From Lepidodermella squamata (taxonomy: Eukaryota; Animalia; Gastrotricha), in the NCBI GenBank assembly GCA_047495785.1, contig JBLDXI010000013.1:3844001-3908000 (forward strand): a stretch of DNA of 64,000 nucleotides, given 5' to 3'. The translations under genes were made by a program, and so were the position numbers. Below the pieces are notes generated by a model, which saw only the letters and a program-made list of their open reading frames with translations, did no database searches and was not told the DNA's origin. Shown in pieces: positions 43,150 to 55,033 of this stretch (the stretch's first letter is position 1; each line of letters opens with the position of its first letter).

Positions 43150-44783
43150 ATGAATCGCCGTTTTCATGATTTCTTCTTTTTGCTGGCGCTCATTTCGATT
43201 ATTAGCCATAATCTGATTAAAGCTTTGGAAGACTTTCCGACAACTAGTCAAGACTTTCCGACAACTAGTCAGCCGGAACATGGCCGGAACGTCTCTTCTA
43301 ATGATACGGAAAGAATGGTTCTAGACACATCGGAGGAAGACGATGAGGCAAATACTACAACCTTAGGACCGGTCACAACCACATTAACGACGAATTTGAC
43401 GGAGATTGATGACGTTGACGAACTACCATCAGCTTGTAATGCTGGCGGGTTGTTATTAACGGCTATGGAGGGGCGATTCACTCAGCCTTCGGATGACGAA
43501 TTTTCGGAGAATTGTACATGGATAATCGAGCCGATAATCGTTAACCCTGAAATGGTCCTTGACCGCGTAGACATCCAGTTTTTCGACTATGCCTTCGATG
43601 TATCTCAACCTTGCTCGATCAATATCATTGAAATCAAGTTTACTGAAACGAAATCCGAAAATAAGACTACATTGCTGTATTCTTACTGCGAGTGGCCTTC
43701 GATTGATCGAGCGATGACTCTGAATACGAACAAACCTATTCGAATCACGTTTCACCGAGATTCTCCTGATAGGAATCACAACTTCACGCTGTTTTACAAA
43801 GCTTTCACGACGATGGTTTCGCCAATTGAAGTCGGCCCCGAGAAGTCTGAAGACTCTTGTGGACTGCCTTTTTCGACGAAAACAGATCAGGCGACGTCAA
43901 ACAGCTGGGCCCGAGCTTTACCTGGTTCTTGGCCATGGTTGGTTGAACTCATTTATCATCCAAGTGGAACGCGTTGTTTGGCCAATATCATCAATTCAAG
44001 TAACAAATGAATTCAAGTAAAATTTGAATCTTATTTATTCGATTTCAGAGTGGCTCCTAACAACAGCAAGTTGTTTCTCGTCTCGGTCTTTGATTCCGCA
44101 ATGGACAGCTGTTGTAAGGCCCTATTCTGCCCCGGCGCGTTTTTACCGTGAAGTCAATAATGACCCGAATCTGACCCTGAAATTTCGCAACGTTTACATT
44201 CACCCTAAATTCGCAAGGGAGCCACAGGGTGGCTACGACCTCGCCCTGATCTACCTTAATGGTAAAATCCCGCTGGAAACGTCATCCCGTCGCATTTGCC
44301 TGCCCTCGAAGCCCGCTACCGCTGCGGATTCATGCCTTCTAGTCACCCTGGACATATCGAACTGGCTTGGGACACTCTACGAAATCAAATTGTCTGTTAT
44401 CGATGATCAAATTTGCGATGCAGATGCTCGATTGTCGCAATTTGGCCGGACTGGGCCTAACGTTGCTTGTGTTGGGTAAATCTATATTTTTCAAAATTTC
44501 CAGGTCTAATTCTATATTTTTCAGTCATAGCGAATATCGCGTCAATAGTGCTTGCCAAAGTAATTTTTCTGTCAGCTCAACATTTTATTTTAATATCCAA
44601 TAATGTTAAGGTGGCTTCGGTACCAGTCTATTCTGCTTCAAAGATGGAAAATGGGACTTGGACGGCCTTTTGACAGCATCGAATTGCGTTAATAACGCTG
44701 GAACCCCTGGTCTTCACATCAAAGTCTCAAATTTTGTTGAAAATTGGATCTCACCTGTAATCAAACGTTTCACGCTACCTTAA
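43150..44783 (+). CDS. Signal peptide-Thr/acidic region-CUB-catalytically inactive serine protease homolog (multi-exon)
   Basis: PGSWPWLV, CLANII, WLLTTASC (His to Ser), YDLALI (Asp kept), ACQSGFGTSLFC (Ser to Phe). No R-IVGG. The spliced frame appears intact. Confidence 0.8.
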
Positions 44784-45710
44784 AATTGTTGATTGATTTC
44801 CCATTTTTCAAATAAAACAACGTTGAAGTTTTCAAAACAGCAAGCAGCTTTTATTTTTCGTCCTTCGTTTTTCACGGATATGTTGTTGTAATATATAATA
44901 AAATTTCGTCGTTTTTTACTGATACAAATAATCGGTATTTTATGAATTAGAAGACGAGAGATTCATGCAGTTTGGTTCGGTGTATATAACATATAAATTA
45001 TCGTCGTTTCTACCGCTACGTCAAGGTGTGTAAGTGTGTTTCAATAAACTCTGTCATCTTCAAACAAAAACTTGCAACCATTACATTACCCGCAGTATAA
45101 TACAGTTGGAATTAAAAATCGTATAAAAAATTGCCTCGTTCAATAAAATTATAAACGTATTATAAATAATTACCGCTATAGCAAGTATGGAGTGTTTCGC
45201 CATAATGTATAATAATGCCAATAAAAATTCGGAAAAGCAAACAAAAGCTCGGTCAGGAGGATGTCATCATATTATAATCTAATGAGAAATTAATGAAGCG
45301 ATATTTCAAAAATTATAGTACCAACAATTCTAGCCGCATTATTTTCGAGCACGAAATAAGAGCCAGTTTTTTTTTACAACATTCTGTTGATGATAGCACG
45401 GCCAGAAATAATTTTCGCAGTCGATCATTTGAGCGGTACTTTATTCATATACTTTCGCGATTCTCGAGCAATTTTGATGTTTACTGGATTTAAAGTTGAT
45501 GTCATTTTTCGGATCATCATCAGCTCATTACAGGAGAATGATTGGTCAACAAGCAATAATTACATTCGATCATGTAAAGATATCAGAGTGGAAATATCAA
45601 CAAAATTTCGATCGATATATATTATGTAGTAATTTATCGTTCATATTACGCAAAAATTTCCTATAGCATGATTATTTTGCTTGCTTTCCCGTTTCCCATA
45701 GGAGCCAGAA

Positions 45711-46942
45711 TCATGAAAACAGAGTCTGCTCGAATAGAACGCGGCCGAATCCGTTCGGAGGGGTAAGAAAGAACGAGTTGTCAGTGAAATGAGCATCGAG
45801 GGTTGACCTAAAAAATATAGAAAAAGTATGATAATTAGGAACATTATGAATCTTTTTTATAGAGCAGCTGTTAAAAATCATATTTTTCTAAATATAAAAA
45901 ATCTAAATTCGCGTTAATGGCATGTGGAAAGGTAGAAATGACAAAAATTAGCCTATCATTACGAGAAACAAGGGTTTATATATCCACCCTCAACTCACCC
46001 AAATTTGGCTACCCGCCCTTAAATTTCGAGTTTTTATGGGTATTTTTGAGCTTTTGAGGTCAATTTTTACCCTATTTCGCGACTATCCAAACAAAATTTC
46101 AAACGGCTAGAATAACCCTTGGCGAGAATCAACTGGTTAGGTGATATGGGCATTATCAAGACGTTTAAAATTGTATTTTTATCCCGAAAAAATCGATCGA
46201 AAAAATCCACGTTTGAGGTATATTTTTCAAAAACATGAGTTTCAACCCCTCTTGGAATTAAAATGAAATGCGCTTACCCATTGGCGACGTAGACAGCAGG
46301 ATAAAAGGTGCCCTTGAGACCAGAAAACGCAGCGATGCAGTCACCATTCCGCCCGCCCGTTGTCTCATCCTTCATGTAGAACCGCAGCTCGCAGTGGTCG
46401 TACGACACGCCAATCACGTCGCCCTCCTCAATCGCCGCATTAGCGATGGGGCGGCACACGATGGCGCCGGAATTCCACACGCACAGGTCAGATCTGAGCA
46501 CGCACGAGAACATATCAGCACCTAGTGGGATGCGATTCGGATCGCACTGCTCCGCCGCAAGTCCCACACCCCAGTCGCCCGCGGTTTGAATTCGAAACTC
46601 GAAGTACGACTTGTCTTGAACTAGCGGCGCGTTGGCCAGTGCCGCGCCGGTGCCGCAAATGCGCAGGCCGTTTTTCAGCAGGACAACATCATCACCGGCT
46701 CGACTACCGTCGAGACACACGAATTGACGGCTGTTGAAATTGCCACCGGTGTACTGGTTGAAGCTATCACTGGCACCGTTCAAAACATCGCCGTTGCTTT
46801 GCGCGGATTTCGAACTCGTGTACAACCCACCGCTGTCCCATTCGCCGCCTTTATCGCCCATGATCGCCGCCCACGACGACGCTAGCCACCCTGTCGAGCC
46901 ACACATGCCGGAAAATCCGTGGAAACACCCACACGAATCCAT
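45711..46942 (-). CDS. SPRYD7: SPRY domain-containing protein 7 (2 exons)
   Basis: DVVLLKNGLRICGTGAALANAPLVQDKSYFE, EGDVIGVSYDH, and last exon TPPNGFGRVLFEQTLFS*. Confidence 0.93.
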
Positions 46943-47025
46943 CTAAGAAGGTGTTTTAACCACTATTTATTAAAACAACTTCTATATTTTTGGAAGAAAA
47001 AATAGAGTTAATTGATCAATCTCCC

Positions 47026-49279
47026 TCAATAAATTTTTTCAAAACACGCAACAAAAAACCCGATGGTTTTATCATCCGGCCCGAGGCGCAGGCACCTGAC
47101 CCCGCCTGGGAAATGGCCGTCTAAATCGCGGCCGCGCGACGGTATGCTCGGCCACACAGTGACCAGGCGGTACTTACCGGCCCATTTTTGCATGATTTCA
47201 GCGACTACATACTCGTTTTCTTGCTCGTTGATTGAGCAGGTCGAGTAGACAACGCGTTTAGCTTTCGGGAAGCTCAGCGCATGATTGAGCAGCATAGCCT
47301 GGAAATTGGCTAGTTTTGATATTCGGTCGGCTGATAACTGGAGATTGCTTGTTTCCGGCCCGGACATATCGTCCAACATTCGACCAACGTCCCAAAACAT
47401 TCCTGAAATTAAACGAAAATTAAGAAAAAAAAATAAGAAAATTTCAGCAATAATTTCAGAATGAAAGGTCTCGCCTCCAGCAATCAAGCCTTTTCAACTC
47501 ATATTAAACTATTCGAAATTGCCTTGAATTTGTTATTACATAACTCTAGATGAGGTTAAGTCTAGACATTTTTGAAACATTAATCGAATCATTCTAAATT
47601 TTAAAAAATTATGGAGGGTCCTTCGATAGAATCAGTTCATATAGGTATAGAATAATTTGAGCATATAAATCAGCTATTCGTAACTGGAACCCCCGCAAGT
47701 AAGATTAGTGAAAAACGCTTACTTTTTTAGGTTCTGAAATCCATCCAAAAATATAAGATATTATAATGCTAATTTTTGAAAAATGAAAATATTGCCGAAG
47801 ATTTTAACCCCAATTTGAACAAAAACATGCAGTATTAAAATGAAAGCTTAAAACGAAGAATACTCGATGTTTATCAACGTAGATAAAAATACTTGTGAGG
47901 CTTTTTACTGTCATGTACGATGCTTATGATGATAATACGTGTGTATAACAGTGCAAAACTTGAACTCGCAGGATTTATCGATCGAGCACTTCTGAGAATT
48001 GCATTTTCGGCACAAAACACTAACGAGCATATTCCCAGAATAAAATCTCTCAACATAGATAATTTTAGGATAGAGAAATTCATATAAAGAAATAAACTGC
48101 TTCAAAGTGTAATTTTGCAGTAAAAAATGAGTACCTGAACCAGAGCAGGACGGATCGACGAGTAGGTACTCGGCATTTCGAGTCGGTTCATTCGGATCTG
48201 AATGGTTGACTTGCATAAAATCGCGGCACTCAACTTGGCAATTCGTAACACCACGCCGCCTTAACAAGCCCCGCATTACATTCACTCGCTTAAAATCTCG
48301 ATCGAACGCAAACAAATTCCTAAAAAAAAATTATAAATAAATTAAATTCAGAAAAAATGAATAAAAATGCGATATTTACCCCGAATTTTGCAACAAAGCG
48401 GCAAGATGTGAAGTTTTATTGCCTGGAGCAGCGCAGCAATCGATCACCATCGACCCTCGAGGTGGCGCCAATACAGGAGCAACAAGTGCCGAGGCTTTGT
48501 CTTGAACAATGCCTTGCGATGACATGAAAAAATCGCATTCATGCAAATCAGTATTCGCTGCAAAAACGAATAAAGACCGCATATGCATATCATTTGTGAA
48601 CTCTTCCGAGCCCAGTTTATTCACTATCACGTCCAGGTAGTCTCCGTACTCATCTCGCTCAGGTGAATATGTATTTCGAGCGTAATAAAACCCGTCTGAA
48701 AAAATACATAAAATTATTTTCATTATTATTTTTAAAAGTAAAATCAAGCTCACTTTCGGTGATTATTTGCTTCAGCTCGTTCCGATTTGTCTTCAAAGTG
48801 TTGACTCTAACGTATTTAGGTGGTCCGCTTACAACATTGCCGCTATTTGTCACCTCGTCGATTTTCAGCTCGTCCAAAGTAGCACCCGGGCTCAGTTTAG
48901 CCAGCCGGCATTTGTGGATGAACTCCTCCCATGGCGGGTCGCAAGCAGCACTTCCAACTCCTTCACCATAGAGCACGTCATAGGCGAGACAAATGCAGAG
49001 GAAATAATTCGTCTCATATAGCTCGCATTGATCGGCGCCGATTTTCGATAAAAATATCTCAAGAGCTGGTCGATTTTGCACGGCTTTGCAAACCAAGGCG
49101 TAGAGAACTTTTAGGTTCTAAAGCGAGAATAAAAAATCAATATTTTTCGGCGAAAAAATGCGATAATAAGTTCTCACCTTATAATGACTCTGTAGCACGA
49201 GCCGCTTGAGTGTTCCTTTTTTATTCGCAGCAGCTTCAAGGATATTAGCCGCCTCGATATATAGCTCAGCTGCAGACAT
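47026..49279 (-). CDS. NSUN5: 28S rRNA m5C methyltransferase (multi-exon)
   Basis: LYIEAANIL, PKYVRVNTLK, QDKAS, VIDCCAAPGNKTSHLA, LVDPSCSGSG, VYSTCSINEQENE and GFFVACFEK. Confidence 0.93.
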
Positions 49280-50031
49280 ATTTTCTATTCAAAAATTGTA
49301 TTCTAGAGAAAAAACGAAAAAAATGCGGTTACAAAATTGTTTTACTACTGTTCAGTAGGATCTTTCTGTTCGTGCAGTTAGAATCAAGATGTACATTGTT
49401 GTAATCAGTAATCGATAAATTTTGTCTATAAGTAATAGCGTCGTATAATTTTTTTCACATCTCGCTACGATATCTCGCATGTAAGTAACGTAAATCAAGT
49501 GTATAGAAAAAACAGATTAACGATAAACGATAAACAAACAACAGAGACAGCAAGAATAAGGTAGTATTTATAATTCCGTCAATCATCTTTGAGACCAGCA
49601 AATAGGCGCCAAGAGCAGGTATAATATTGACACAAGGCTGTTGAAAGCAATTGCAATACTTTTTTCTTCCCATTTGCAAATCGTCTCGCATCATTTTATT
49701 TACATAATTACGATTTTAAATGTGCGTAAAAACACTCACGTCGCCAAAAACGGCGGTTCAAGTAGCATTTGTAAGTAATAATATGACTGCACAGGTTTTT
49801 CGGATAGATAAAGAGAGAGAAAGAAACAGAGAGAGACTCGAGCAAATTTCATGGCGTAAATAAAAAATATTTTCAAAAAATCCGTCTCAATTTTTTGAAA
49901 ATCAAATTTTTTTACCGGTCGAGCGCGTTTCATTTTTTTAGCCAAACTTTGAGATCGCTAGGCACAGTAAAAATTTACGCCACATCCATAAATCGAAATA
50001 AAACCTCACAAGTCGCCGCAAAACAAACAAA

Positions 50032-51552
50032 TCAGTGTTTCAAATCCCACGCTTCAAAAATCAGCGTGCGATCGAAGGTAAAATTTTTCCAACAATCAGG
50101 CATAAATTTGTCCCACGCCCCGCCGCTGTTTTTAACGCCGGCAGTTTTACGGTGTTTCGTACGAGCGTCATCCGCCGACATACCACCGGCATCGACGGAT
50201 TCAGAATCGCCAGTCGTCTCCTCGTCATCGCTTTCTTCAGCTTCTTCTTCGTTCGATAACGGGTCGTTCTTATCCGTCATCTCGGCATCAGCGTCCGTTT
50301 CTTGCTGCTGCTTCGTGCCTTTTTCAGTGATTTCATCCGGGACGAGTAGACCCAAGGCTGACCGGCTAATAGCGATCGGGGCCGTTAAAACCGGCCGTTT
50401 CGTCACACCCTCATCGCCTCCTTCACCGCTAGTACCGCCCGACAGGCTATTCCGATGCCGTTGATGCTTAGGTAACCGTTTTTTAGCCTGTTCGCCGCCC
50501 GGGAATAGCGACGACATTGGTAGTGGAGAGGCCTCTGGATATTTTGAAGACGACTTCCGCGACGATCCGACCTGAGTAAAAGGCTGATGGGGGCGTGAAA
50601 TCACCACATCGTCGTCATTTTCCGACCCATTACCGGCTACCAGGGAGTAACGGGGCGGGTTGCGTCCACCCCGGCCGATGCCGGACGCAACCGGGGTCGC
50701 GTACTTCTTCTCCCGACGTTCGCGCGTCGCAACACTGGCGCTCATTGAAACCTGCTGCTGCTGCGGCGGCTGGCCACCTGTTGATTTCCGCAAATTTTGC
50801 CCACGCCGCTGTTCACTACCGCCTAACGAGCGGTACTCGCGGCGCTTGTAGGTAACACCGCGGCGTTGAGCGTCGATCCAATTGCGCAGTTTCTTCACGA
50901 AAGGATACACGAATAAAAAGTGATTGTTGCCATGTTCGGCCGGCAACGCGTCGATCGGCCACCATTTAATCGACCGAATTTCATTGCGAGTTTTCGTCTG
51001 GAAAACCGTTTCAAGCGGCACGTCGCGAATAATGTACAACTTGTTGTACTGGTCGTTCATTTTATGCTCCAGATAATCGGTTGGGTCTAAGCGGTCCGCG
51101 GTGCTGAAGCCGATTTCTTCCTCAGTTTCGCGAATCGCGCAGTCAACCTCAGACTCGCCTTCGTTGATTTTCCCCTTAGGGAAGGTCCACGACGAATGCG
51201 GACCCATGCCTCGTACCAAGAGACATTTTTCCATGGTCGGGTCTAGAATAATGACGCCGTACCTAGGCACCGTCAATTTGTACTCGCGCCACGATCGTAG
51301 AATGTCTTCATAACTGCCGTAGTGGTCGACTAAGACCGGGCAGTGGCGGAAAATTTGTTCCGAGAAGTCTTTGATCGCGCACGGTTTGACGCCGCTTTTG
51401 TTGCAGTAAAAGTCGAGAAAGAACCAGTAGGCCTGTTCGACTTGGAAGAACACGCGAACAAGGTCAGAGTACTCTTGTTCGGGAAGATTGTTCAGAAAAC
51501 GCGTTGACAAATCGTCGAGAATGTACGACGGGATTTCTCGATCATGCGCCAT
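50032..51552 (-). CDS. DCP2: mRNA decapping enzyme catalytic subunit (intronless)
   Basis: Box A ILDDLSTRF...QAYWFFLDF, Nudix box GKINEGESEVDCAIRETEEEIG, and aromatic C-terminal motif WKNFTFD. Confidence 0.96.
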   Translation of the reverse strand: MAHDREIPSYILDDLSTRFLNNLPEQEYSDLVRVFFQVEQAYWFFLDFYCNKSGVKPCAIKDFSEQIFRHCPVLVDHYGSYEDILRSWREYKLTVPRYGVIILDPTMEKCLLVRGMGPHSSWTFPKGKINEGESEVDCAIRETEEEIGFSTADRLDPTDYLEHKMNDQYNKLYIIRDVPLETVFQTKTRNEIRSIKWWPIDALPAEHGNNHFLFVYPFVKKLRNWIDAQRRGVTYKRREYRSLGGSEQRRGQNLRKSTGGQPPQQQQVSMSASVATRERREKKYATPVASGIGRGGRNPPRYSLVAGNGSENDDDVVISRPHQPFTQVGSSRKSSSKYPEASPLPMSSLFPGGEQAKKRLPKHQRHRNSLSGGTSGEGGDEGVTKRPVLTAPIAISRSALGLLVPDEITEKGTKQQQETDADAEMTDKNDPLSNEEEAEESDDEETTGDSESVDAGGMSADDARTKHRKTAGVKNSGGAWDKFMPDCWKNFTFDRTLIFEAWDLKH

Positions 51553-51657
51553 TGCAAACAATAATAACTACTGTCGACAACAATTATATATAAAAATAAC
51601 TATTACCTACAGCAAAAAAATCAATAATTAGAAATAATGGAAAATCCAATAAATATT

Positions 51658-52899
51658 TCAAGCCAAAGAAAGAGTTGCTTCACTACGGTAATAGCCATTC
51701 GAGTGGTTATATTCACCCCGCTTTGATATGTGAACCTCCGAAAGAGTAACTTCCCCGAAATCAAAATTGCCAAAATCCTGGGTAATTCAAAAGTCAACGC
51801 TTTAATTTTCAATTTGAACAAATTTACCTTGAGAATTTTCGATGCGTCAAAAGCTATTCTCTTATCGACTTGTTTTCGCTGCCCAGTTGCAACGGAAACT
51901 TCATCCGGCGATTTGCTGAACAAAGAATTCATCAAGGTAATGTGCAGTTTGACCTGTTCACTGATGCTACTAGGACCCTGGCCGGAGTGCAATAACCCAC
52001 AGGCCTTGAATCTCTTAACAAGGCCGTCAGCCAAACGTTGCAAATTATTCGAATGATCATTGGGCTTTAGTTTTGCATACAAAACATCAACACAACTCGG
52101 ATCGTCATTCATATACTCCAAGCCAGAAACGTGAACTTTCATCGGCTGATTATCGGTTAGAGGCCTTGAAAATTAAAAAAATTTTTACAAAATTTAGGTG
52201 AATTAGCAAAAAAAATTACTTGACCAGCTCGTCTTTGCATTTTTTCAGCTCATCTATAGCAGTTTTGACCTCAGCGCCATCGTTCAACAGTAGCATGCAA
52301 AGAGTGAGATGTAATCGTTCGGGCCGTTGAAAAACCGGGCTTTTCACGCCACATTCTTTCTCGACCGTCTCCCGAAAATTTTCAAACGATTCCTTCATTT
52401 TTTCGGAATAAATTGGAATTGAAAGAAAATGAGTTGCTTTCAAGCGCTTTTTAGCTGATTCAACGAGAACTTCGATGCGAGAGTGGCAGGCAAGAACGGC
52501 CCGGGAAGAACTGGCCGTGATAACAACAGGTCCTTTCGCCCCTGCCTGCGGTATGTGAATTCTCGCCTCAGTTTCCTGCTCGGTTCGTCGCTTATTTTCG
52601 CCACCTCTGCCAATTAACGAGCCGTAATACGCAGTCGGAATGTTCAGCTCGAGTCTGTACTCATTTCCATTGTATTTCACATCAAGTCCTTCGGTGTTAT
52701 TTTCTTCGTCATCTCGAGCAGCTGCGCAAGGGGGCTCATCCGAGTAGAGATCTGGAGTGTCCCACGCTGAGGTGAGACTGGTTGTTTGTTTGCTACTTCT
52801 CACCGCCGGTTCATCCTCATAGTCGCGCTGGCTAATGGCATGTAACTGCCGATAACAACGTCCATCAACCGTGACAAAATTCGGTTTTAAAATATTCAT
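51658..52899 (-). CDS. ASCC1: Activating signal cointegrator 1 complex subunit 1 (KH plus 2H-phosphodiesterase; 3 exons)
   Basis: MNILKPNFVTVDGRCYR, KH LIGRGG, THFLSIP, RLHLT, GLEYMNDDP and KLHITLMNS. Confidence 0.93.
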
Positions 52900-52933
52900 T
52901 TCTACAACAAAAAAGAACATTTGTATCACAAGA

Positions 52934-53755
52934 TCATTTATGCGATGTAACGATTTCTTTTAAATATGAAGAATCACGCAGTAGATTGCATTTGAAAACA
53001 GCAGAAAACGCAGAGAGAAATGCGGGTAATACCTCGTCGACGGTTATGTTTCTGCCCACCTGTTCGGTTAGTGAGGTCGCTTTTTTGTCGTTCAAACCGC
53101 AAGCGACAATGTGGTTAAACCATTTCAAATCCGTGTTACAGTTGAGTGCAATGCCGTGAGAAGTGACAAAACGTCGACAGTGAACGCCGATGGAAGCAAT
53201 TTTACCGGTTTCTCCAACGAAAACACCGACGTATGACGGGTGAAGAGTGCTTTGCACTCCGAATCCAAAGCAAGTTGATAGTAGAGTAGTATGCAAGCTG
53301 TCCACATAACACCGAACTCCGTTAATGTGAGGAAATTGTTTCAAATGAATTATAGGGTAAGCTACAAGTTGGCCAGGTCCGTGAAAAGTTATTAGTCCAC
53401 CACGTTCTACTTTAAAAACATCAGCTCCCTGAGACCTGATAAAAATCAATAATAATTATGTCGACTGGCTGTCAGACAAGCTTACGAGCTTACTTTAAGG
53501 AATTAAATAACTGGTCATCATATGACGAATCTTTTCTCAAGCCGATGGTGTAAACAGGTTTGTGTTCAAGCGTTAACAGGAAATTAGAATTATCAGTGGC
53601 AACAATAGAGGCAAGTGCTTGTTGAAGTCCAAGAGCCCAGTTGTATTGAGTTATTGCGGGTAAATGGATATGATGCAAAGTATTCCTGAAACATCATGCT
53701 ATTAAAATCAATCAAATGATTGTCTGTGCAAACATTACTTTACAAGACAGGACAT
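52934..53755 (-). CDS. LIPT2: Octanoyl-[ACP]:protein transferase (LipB family; 3 exons)
   Basis: LEHKPVYTIG, RGGLITFHGPGQLVAYPI, KIASIGV and VTSHGIALNC. First exon MSCLVK joins in frame via a 53-nt GT-AG intron (53686-53738). Confidence 0.9.
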
Positions 53756-54037
53756 TTAATCGATGGTGATTCCTTTACGCTTCAGATCAGCTTTTGCTTG
53801 TTGAATTTCGGCTTTGAGTTCGTCTGAAGCCTCAGGACAATCTTTAATGCTTATCGCCTTGTTAAATATAAATAAAATGGAGAAAATTCCGAACAGAACT
53901 ATCGCAATCGCGGGAGCGGCGAGAACCAGAACTTCGTGCTTTTTCACGAGGCTCGGAAAGAGATTGCCGTTGAGAATGCTCAACCAACTGATGAGGAAAA
54001 CTCCAAGACCAATAAACCACTCAAATGCTCTAATCAT
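53756..54037 (-). CDS. DPM3: Dolichol-phosphate mannose synthase subunit 3
   Basis: 93 aa with two hydrophobic helices, then KDCPEASDELKAEIQQAKADLKRKG. Confidence 0.93.
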   Translation of the reverse strand: MIRAFEWFIGLGVFLISWLSILNGNLFPSLVKKHEVLVLAAPAIAIVLFGIFSILFIFNKAISIKDCPEASDELKAEIQQAKADLKRKGITID

Positions 54038-54146
54038 TTCTAAAAACAAGAGAATGGAATATCGACAACAATTATGTAGAGATATTATACAAAGGCCGTA
54101 AATGATACAATATATCTATCATAGACCATAGACATGACCATAGACA

Positions 54147-54533
54147 TCAGCCCTTGTTTATAGCCTTTGAATTTCTTATTTGAGCGAATCGAGCGAAGGG
54201 TTTGTAACCATTTAAGGTATGAATATTAGACCCACAAAACTTTGAAAGATCATATATTTTCGGTAGTTCACTGTAATGGTAACTTCTATTTCGGCGACGG
54301 GGCGTGGACTGCAATTTGCTTTGTTCGAGCTGGTATATCACGTCAGATTCTAACGGATCGAGAGCAGGCGAGTCATCGTTAACTTTGACGGTTTTCGCGG
54401 AACTCTGATGAGAAATGGCGTTATCAGAGGCTAAACAAGCTGATTCATTGGTTGCGGAGGGCAAAAGTTCATCATTAACAGCATCAGCCTTCCTCTTCCG
54501 CTTCTTCTTCTCTGAGGAATCGTTTCCGGTCAT
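54147..54533 (-). CDS. Unknown 128-aa protein with basic NLS-like patch
   Basis: Open frame after a TTCCAG acceptor, containing EKKKRKRK. No family recognised. Confidence 0.5.
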   Translation of the reverse strand: MTGNDSSEKKKRKRKADAVNDELLPSATNESACLASDNAISHQSSAKTVKVNDDSPALDPLESDVIYQLEQSKLQSTPRRRNRSYHYSELPKIYDLSKFCGSNIHTLNGYKPFARFAQIRNSKAINKG

Positions 54534-54934
54534 TTTCACTTAAAACCTGGAATGGAGGATTAACGCATATTAGACGTAAGTCAAGGAGTCGTTTACTTCG
54601 CATCGATTGAACATTCCACACATAACAGACGGCTTAGACGGCAAAGAAATTCTCAAAGGTATAAAACAGCTCACGGAGTTGTTCAAGTAGTCATATAAGA
54701 GAAGGAAAGCTGGGTCTCAAGCAGTTTGTTCTTTGTTCCTTGCGATACGCGCTTCGAGGCGAGGAGCCGCAAGCTGCAGAAGTCAAGTGACCAAGCGCTT
54801 GAATCCCCGCCGCGATCGCGTCACAACCCCTTTGAAAAACCACTAACTATTTAGTTTTTACTGTAATATTAATATAAGAATATATAATATACCAATTATA
54901 GAGATAAAAAACCCTGAATATTTACAGAAATTGT

Positions 54935-54948
54935 GTTGTCCTGGTAAC
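54935..54948. promoter_or_regulatory. RFX X-box-like element
   Basis: GTTGTCCTGGTAAC lies ~85 nt upstream of the ATG of the flagellar gene ZMYND12. Confidence 0.65.
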
Positions 54949-55033
54949 GTGTCCTCGCATCGCCTCTATAACGAGCCAAACATTCAAACCTGTTGCTTCC
55001 TATATCAGTGACAGCGCTGCCGAATAGCTGATA

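Noticed and set aside
54115-54146. Short CATAGAC tandem duplications between ORF-X and DPM3
   Set aside because: Not seen at other junctions; likely slippage.
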